NCBI RefSeq assembly: GCF_009914755.1
Contig: NC_060935.1
DNA length: 64,000 nucleotides
DNA from: the human T2T-CHM13v2.0 reference genome, Homo sapiens
Reading direction: 5' to 3' (one strand)
Shown here piece by piece: positions 55,772-64,000 of this stretch. The notes below the pieces were generated by a model that saw only the letters and a program-made list of their open reading frames with translations, did not search any database and was not told where the DNA came from. The number at the start of each line of letters is the position of its first letter. Position 1 is the stretch's first letter. The position numbers were made by a program, and so were the translations under genes.

Positions 55772-56413
55772 CTACCAAAAACATGATCTCTGTCAGAAAA
55801 CATACTATCTGCAATATTTGTTGGAATCTGAGAATGGGAAATGTAGCTTTCTTCTCTCCAGGAGTGCCCTGTTCACAGCTGTGGGATAATGATCAATAGT
55901 TCCTAAAAATATCTATGGAAGACCTCACCACTCTTATTGATCAGCAACTACTGCAAAGATAATGTTTCAGCATTTGAAACCCCTTATTATTAATACTTAT
56001 TCTGTATGGGTCAAGTAGCCGCTAACTTACAGTTTGGCAGATGGATCAAGTATAATAATAATAACCTATAAATACTAATAAATGAGCCAGTATAGTATAA
56101 GTGAGTACTATACTAAGCAGTGAAGGAAGAATAATTTCATGGAGGGAAGTCCATGGTAGAAGCAGGCTGCTAGGTATTATTATCGTTTTCACATACTATT
56201 CACTTTATGAAGAGATTTAACATAGCTCAGGGTAATATGGTCTCATTCAAATGCCAAAATGACCCCTCAGTTCTTCTTTCTCTCCTTTCCCGATAGAGGT
56301 GGCCCTAAGGACACACATCTGGGACAATACGGCCATTTTTAGCCTTGACCCAAGAGATCTGGGTTCCCCATGACTGGAGTGGAAAACAATGTCTGTGGGT
56401 TTGTGTTTTTCAG

Positions 56414-56846
56414 AGTCAAGGGTCCAGAGAAGGAGGAGAAGTTGAGACAGGCGGTCAAGCAGGTGCTGAAGTGTGATGTGACTCAGAGCCAGCCACTGGG
56501 GGCCGTCCCCTTACCCCCGGCTGACTGCGTGCTCAGCACACTGTGTCTGGATGCCGCCTGCCCAGACCTCCCCACCTACTGCAGGGCGCTCAGGAACCTC
56601 GGCAGCCTACTGAAGCCAGGGGGCTTCCTGGTGATCATGGATGCGCTCAAGAGCAGCTACTACATGATTGGTGAGCAGAAGTTCTCCAGCCTCCCCCTGG
56701 GCCGGGAGGCAGTAGAGGCTGCTGTGAAAGAGGCTGGCTACACAATCGAATGGTTTGAGGTGATCTCGCAAAGTTATTCTTCCACCATGGCCAACAACGA
56801 AGGACTTTTCTCCCTGGTGGCGAGGAAGCTGAGCAGACCCCTGTGA
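56414..56846 (+). CDS. NNMT: Nicotinamide N-methyltransferase, coding exon 3 (433 nt including TGA)
   Basis: Acceptor ttgtgtttttCAG|A; encodes [22 protein letters not shown]...[10 protein letters not shown]...[19 protein letters not shown]...VARKLSRPL*. 154+208+433=795 nt, giving an intact 264-aa protein. Confidence 0.98.
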
Positions 56847-56860
56847 TGCCTGTGACCTCA

Positions 56861-56866
56861 ATTAAA
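56861..56866 (+). terminator. NNMT: NNMT proximal poly(A) signal ATTAAA
   Basis: ATTAAA 14 nt after the stop codon, followed by a GT/T-rich stretch (gttgactttagtccttgtttc). Confidence 0.75.
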
Positions 56867-57528
56867 GCAATTCCTTTGACCTGTCCAGTTGACTTTAGTC
56901 CTTGTTTCTAACTGCCAAGTCATGTGCTGAGTAGAGGCTCAGTGGTTGGGGCCCAATGGTTCATCTAGGACGGGACTAGAGAGGTCAGTCTACAAGCAAT
57001 CCATTGACCACTTACTTGGTGCTGCACACAAATGTTGGTGCTATGGGACCCAAAGATGAGCAATTAGTATTCCAGTCTTCATTGCCTGTGCTTACAAAAG
57101 AAGACCTCACTTCCCTAAACATCTAGTTATGGCGGCTCAAGCCCGTACCTGCCTACAGAGAAGTGTCTGCAGTTACTCACTATTAGTTTCCTAAGGGGGC
57201 ACTGCTGGCTCCTTCTCTCCCAGGAATGGGCTTCTCCTATTCTTTAACTCTTGCCTTCTCCCTGGAGAGGCTACCAAACCCTGGCCTCTGCCGCTGTTCA
57301 GGCTGCCATGTGGGTATAGCTGTTTGCTAGACTCCACTCTGGCCTCAGGGGCCAGAGAACAGCTGTCCAGCATTTCTGTTCATCCCAGCAATCCAAAAAA
57401 AAATTTTTTTAAGCTACAAAGATCACTCCATTTTCAAATTCAGACTCTGCCACTTATTAGCTGTTTCTCATTAGGCAAGTTATATAACCTTGCAGTGCCT
57501 CACTTTCCTCATCTATAAAATGAGATTA

Positions 57529-57894
<366 letters not shown>

Positions 57895-58532
57895 TTACAT
57901 GTAAAGGACCTAGAATATTGCATGGTGCTTGATAAACATTCAGTAAATGTTAGTTACAATCATTATTATTATACGCATCATCGTTAATATTAGTTGCCAA
58001 AGCAGCTGAGAAAAGATGGCTTATTCTCCAATCAGGAGAGAGGATTCCTGTTCTCGGCTACAGGCACTGGACTCTTTACTGGCATTGCCTTTGAGAGAGG
58101 CTGTGATACAACTCAGTTTCTATACCACATGCTGCCAATTCCTTTTTGATTTAAGAAATCTCTAGCAAACATTTAGCACTCTCCAAGCATCTTTCTTTCA
58201 TGCACCAGGCACAAGAATGAAAATGAAATCCCAGTGTCAGCTGACTCAACAGCCCTCATCTTCATAGTCCCAGAAACACCCTAAGTGCTCCCAGGTCCTT
58301 CCAAGGGCAGTAGTGTACCTGCACCAGCAGTCCCTACCCAGAATCTCCCTGTTGAGGCTCTCCTGCTCAGGCTGTGATGCTGGGGCCCCTGAGCCCAGCC
58401 TGAGGATGCTGGAAAGGGACCAATATGCCCTCTTTTGAGAAGGATACTGCCCATGCCTAACACTCTGCTTTAGATGCCTCAGAGCCATCCTGGTTTCCTC
58501 CCAGAGTGGTAAGAAACACTTTTCATTTATTC

Positions 58533-58753
58533 CAGGGATTGGTAAACTTTTCCTGTCAAGGCCCAGATAGCAAATATTTCTGGCTTTGTGGGTTATACAG
58601 TCTTAATTGCAGCTACTCAACTCTGCAGTTGTAGCAGAAGCAGCTATAGACAGTATGTAACAAATGTGCGTGTTTGTGTTCCAATAAAACTTTATTTATA
58701 AAAACAGATGGATGGATAGATTAGGCCCAAGGGTTGTAGTTTGTAGACCCCTG
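58533..58753. mobile_element. MER58A-like hAT-Charlie DNA transposon (MITE)
   Basis: Terminal inverted repeats CAGGG...CCCTG; internal gctactcaactctgc and gttccaataaaactttatttat. Confidence 0.8.
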
Positions 58754-58793
58754 ATCTAGACCCTTAAGTAGCCTTGTTTGTGCCTGAAGTTTA

Positions 58794-59409
<616 letters not shown>

Positions 59410-59573
59410 TATACATTTTCTTGTGAACAGTCTGGTCAGTTTCTTCTTATAGGAGCTCAAGGCAAGTCCAAGGGGCTGGACAAAAAATAGGCAGAATATG
59501 GTTTCTTCTGTGCTCCATCCCTGCTGTAGCACTCTCTTTCTTGCTCAATCTCCCAATCAAAACTCCTCCTTCC

Positions 59574-59694
59574 AAATGGCATGAACCCAGGAGGCAGAGC
59601 TTGCAGTGAGCCGAGATCGCACCACAACACTCCAGCCTGGGCTTGGGTGACAAAGCGAGACTCCATCTCAAAAAAAAAACAAAACAAAAAAAAG
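59574..59694 (+). mobile_element. 5'-truncated AluY 3' end
   Basis: AATGGCATGAACCCAGGAGGCAGAGCTTGCAGTGAGCC; 14-bp TSD AAACTCCTCCTTCC (59560-59573 and 59695-59708) shows it was truncated at insertion. Confidence 0.9.
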
Positions 59695-61164
59695 AAACTC
59701 CTCCTTCCTCCCCTAGTTTGAAGCATTCAATAAATACAAACAGAAAATCAGAAAACAAGGGTGGTGGGGGATGGCAGATGAAGTGTTACCTACACTAATA
59801 TTTCTCAAACTGCAAGTTGCCATTCATCAATGTATCATAAAATCAATTTGGTGCACCAAATCCACATTTTAAAAATGAATAGAGAATAAACTAGAAAACA
59901 GAATCTCAGATATTAGCACTGCATGTGGTATATTATTTTGGGAAATTTCGTTTCCATTTTACAGACATCTGTCTATCTGCACACATGTGCATATTTGTTA
60001 CTGGATCATGATATAACATGCATTTGTTACTCTAGTTTGTGATTTTTAAAACGTTTGAAAGCCACTGGGCTGTTCTTTGGGCTCTGGGACTCTGCTCTGA
60101 TAACCAACATTTTTCTTTCCCACGGAGATGAAAGACATAGCCCCTGTTCTTAAAGAACTGCAAGTCATGGGGAGAAATCGACATGCAAACAGTTAAGACA
60201 CAGCAAGACAAGGGCTCTGAGATGTGTAAGCACAGGGTGCTAAGGGGGAGGATGGGAAGAAAGGTGGCATTTGCTCTGGGCCTTGCAGACTGAATAGGGG
60301 TGTGTTTGGCAACCGAGAGGAAAAGGGCAGTCTAGGGAACAACGTGTACGAAGACATGAAATGACTCCTCCTCCTGGTAGCAGCCTCCTCACAGGTCTGT
60401 TCTCCGACGGAAGCCGGGACCTAAGTAAATATTTGGCTTCTGGTTTTTCATTTGCTTTCCTTGAAATCAAACAGACCGACCAAGTCATGAGCAAACAAGG
60501 ACTAGGGTCATTCTGGTCCTAACTTGTAAATCTCTTTGACCGCTGACCCAGCTCCGGTTTTTTAAGGTCCTACTTTCTGGGGAAATGTTCAACAGTCTCA
60601 CTTTAAGCAAACCTTTGTGATGCAGGAAGCTGCAAGTCTCTCTGTAACATCCTGGGGAGAGAGTGGGGAGAAGAAAGCTATTAAAAAGGTCGTTAACCCA
60701 TTTGGTGTCATGCAGCTCAGTCTTCGTGATTCCCATCATCTGGCTGTCAAAAGTAATAAAAGATGTCCATGGTACAACTTACTAGGCTGAGCTTTAAAAG
60801 CTATAACTGCCCCCTCTAATTTTAGTCTCAGCCAACTCGGAGAATACGAGGCAACCAATAAATCTTATGGAGGCTCAGAGAACATGGAACAAACATAGGA
60901 CTAAGGGACAGAAAACATGTGTGAATCTTAGCTTGATCACTTGATTGTTGTAAGAGCATCATTCCAGCTTTCTCAGGCTTGGGACCCTTCTGGAAAACAG
61001 GGATAATCATCATTTCTCAGGACTGCACTGAGATCAAGTGAGGTACCTGTGAAGGCATTTTGTAACCTGTTAAGTGACAAATATTAGATAACTCTGATAG
61101 TATTAACCCATTCTAGGACAGCCATTAAGCCACATGTTGCTGCATTCATGAACAGTTCCTTAGT

Positions 61165-61669
61165 AAGAAAATAAATCATTCTACCAAAAAGACATATGCA
61201 CCCACATGTTCATCACAGCACTACTCACAGTAGCAAGAGATGGAATCCAGTAGGCACCTATCAATGGTGGATCGGATAAAGGAAATGTGGTACATTTATA
61301 CCATGGAATACTATATGGCCATAAAAAATGAAATCATGTCCTTTGCACCAACATGGATGCAGCTGGAGGTCATTCTCCTCAGTGCAGTAGCCAGAAACAG
61401 AAAGCCAAATACCACATGTTCTCATGTATAAGTAGAAGCTAAACATGGGGTCAACATGGACACAAAGATGGGAACAATAGACAGTGGGGACTACAAAAGG
61501 GGGGACGAGGGAGAGGGGCAAAGGTTGAAAAACTACCTATTGTACTGTGATCACTACCCGGGTGATGGGTTCAATCACACCCCAAACCTCAGCATCACAC
61601 GATATATCCATTTAAAAAGCCTGCACATATATCCCCTGAATCTAAAATTAAAATTGAAAGAAAAAAAAA
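61165..61669 (+). mobile_element. L1 (older L1PA/L1PB) 3'-end fragment
   Basis: ORF2 C-terminus (IKEMWYIYTMEYYMAIKNEIMSFAPTWMQLEVILLS), 3' UTR and A tail. Confidence 0.88.
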
Positions 61670-62291
61670 TCTTAACACTGAAAAAACTTTCTTAATGAAC
61701 TGAGTATGGCCTTCAAAACCTGTCTTGCATATGCTTTCTATGCAAGTCAGCACCATAGGCACCTTGAATCCAGAGCCTTCTTCATAGTTGCTTATTCATT
61801 CAGAAGATGTTTCTTGCATCCCTGTTATGTGCTAGGCATTGGGCCTGAGATGAGGATCCTACAGTGAAGATGACGCAGTCTCTGGCCTCGTGGGACTTAT
61901 TTCCCTGCAAGGAAGACCAGAAAGAAATGCACTCTGACACAGCCTGAGCAGAAATGCTAGATTTTTTTTTTGGTACTCAAGTCAGCTAGGCAGGACCTTT
62001 TGCCCACCCAAATGAGACAAACCAGGCCCTTCTTACAGCTGTACCTTCTCATGTATAGATCAGCTTCACTCAAAAAAAAATGTTGAGCTAGGATTATGTG
62101 TTTAAGGAATATTATCACAAAGAAAAACACCATTGTGAGTAAAGTCACTGAAGCTTTCTGTTTCATATCTTCCAATGAAAGCAGGGATTTAAACTTTCTG
62201 AGTCTAGCCCTCTCGTCTCCCTTGCTGGCCAGTTTCACACTGAAAGGAGATGCTTTCCTTGGCCTTTCAAACGCTTTCCTTGGCCCTCTGA

Positions 62292-62310
62292 GCGCCAGCA
62301 GAGGGTGCAC
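62292..62310 (+). promoter_or_regulatory. Candidate CTCF motif
   Basis: GCGCCAGCAGAGGGTGCAC resembles the CTCF core CCA(C/G)(C/T)AG(A/G)GGGCGC; motif match only. Confidence 0.4.
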
Positions 62311-62943
62311 GTGGCTCTTGTTGAAGCCCTTCATTCCTGAATTTGACCATTTACACATGAAGGAATTTAAATTGAGTTAAACCTTCCCAAACAAGACGCT
62401 TCTCTGCAGTGTCTCCTTTTTCACAGTCTACTTATGAGGCTGCTAGGAAAAGAGAAAGAGGAATTCAGCATATTTTTCTTTAACAAAAAATATGGATAAT
62501 TATTTTTATGGATACACACATTTAAAAATTTCCCTTTTAGGTCTATACACAAAATGCAAATTTTAATAAACTGTAGAGAGGATCTTGGCCAGAATAGCAT
62601 GAGAAATGATAACTATTAGATTATGCAGTTAACTCACCATCACCTTCTATTTGCTGTTTATTCAAAGAAGAGAAAGAAGGTTTTTGTGCTTTTTCAAACC
62701 CTAGTTTTTTAATATTTAGAAAATGAAGAAGTCTTTCTATGGCTGTGGTTGCCGGCCAAACCTCTATGCTTATCACTTTAATTTGTACTTTAATAGTGTC
62801 TGATGAATTCAGGGGAAGGGTTGAGGTTGAATTTCAAACTCTCAACAACTAATTGTGAGTTATTATTGCCTTTGTTTGGACTTCAATATTGAAAGCCAGG
62901 AAGTAGTTTCTTTCCTGGTAGGTTATTGTCTCTCTTCCTTTCA

Positions 62944-63351
<408 letters not shown>

Positions 63352-63559
63352 TCACTTTGAAGCCTTCCACCTAAGCGACTGGTATTTTTCTTAAGAGCAG
63401 GTATGTAAACACTTCATTTGCATGAGGAGGAGAAAGAGGTTTCTAGAAAGGGGAGGGTAAGCAGTTAGTTTATTGCTCCTTTACCTCTCAAGGGTCCATT
63501 TCTGGCCCCTTCTCACTGCTGTCTAATATTTGTTAAATGCTATAGAAATCCCAGTCGTT

Positions 63560-63697
63560 GGTCAGGCACAGTGGCTCAGCACTTTGGGAAGCCATGGCAG
63601 GAGGATCACTTGAATCCAGGAGTTCGAGACCAGCCTGGGCAACAGAGCAAGAACCCGTCTCTACAAAAATATTAAAAAAAAAAAAAAAGAAAGAAAC
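63560..63697 (+). mobile_element. Alu left monomer (FLAM-like)
   Basis: ggtcaggcacagtggctcagcactttggg...gaggatcacttga...ccagcctgggcaac plus A tail. Confidence 0.8.
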
Positions 63698-64000
63698 CTC
63701 ATTTGTTTAATATGACCTTTGCCCTTGCAGAATTTATAATCTTGCTTGTGAGTTAACATTTACAAAATTACCAATCAAATCCTTTTATTTTAGAGGTGAA
63801 GATATGGAGACTCTAAGGGGGCAAGGAGCTTTGCCTTTCTGTGCCTTAGTCTACTGTAAATTGAAAAGTTGAATTACATATCTGTGAAGTCCAGTGTTTT
63901 ATGATTTATGAATTAGAGAACAATGCTTGTTAAAATAGAGTTCTAACTAAAGGACCACTTGGGTTAATCCCATCCTTTAAGATTCAAGTGAAATTGGCTC

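Noticed and set aside
56370-56413. In-frame ATG extending exon 3 ([14 protein letters not shown]) as an alternative NNMT start
   Set aside because: It is the intron 2 acceptor region; the product would lack SAM-binding motif I and there is no promoter evidence.

Overview
Mammalian (almost certainly human) genomic DNA containing the complete nicotinamide N-methyltransferase gene, NNMT. It lies on the + strand as three coding exons (40922-41075, 42317-42524, 56414-56846; 795 nt = 264 aa + stop) with canonical GT-AG introns and a proximal promoter carrying HNF1-, STAT- and NF-kB-like sites and an atypical TCTAAA box. The first ~1.1 kb looks like the terminal 3' UTR and poly(A) region of the upstream gene (ZBTB16, by known synteny only). 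A GC-rich block at ~2.2 kb and an 87-nt exon at 7213-7299 define a probable distal-promoter NNMT isoform that splices over a 33.5-kb intron. The rest is mostly Alu, L1, L2, MIR, LTR and DNA-transposon remnants; repeat subfamily names are by eye and some boundaries are approximate. The most unusual structures are: (1) a 109-bp, 108/109-identical inverted repeat at the 5' end of an old L1, ~2.9 kb upstream of the NNMT ATG, whose arms appear to have been homogenised; (2) a higher-order array of five ~30-nt cores separated by variable TTAGGG-like spacers at 19971-20242; (3) two short non-transposon local duplications at 22-24 kb; (4) a splice acceptor that overlaps the proximal core promoter. No prokaryotic-type systems, rRNA, tRNA or CRISPR arrays are present.
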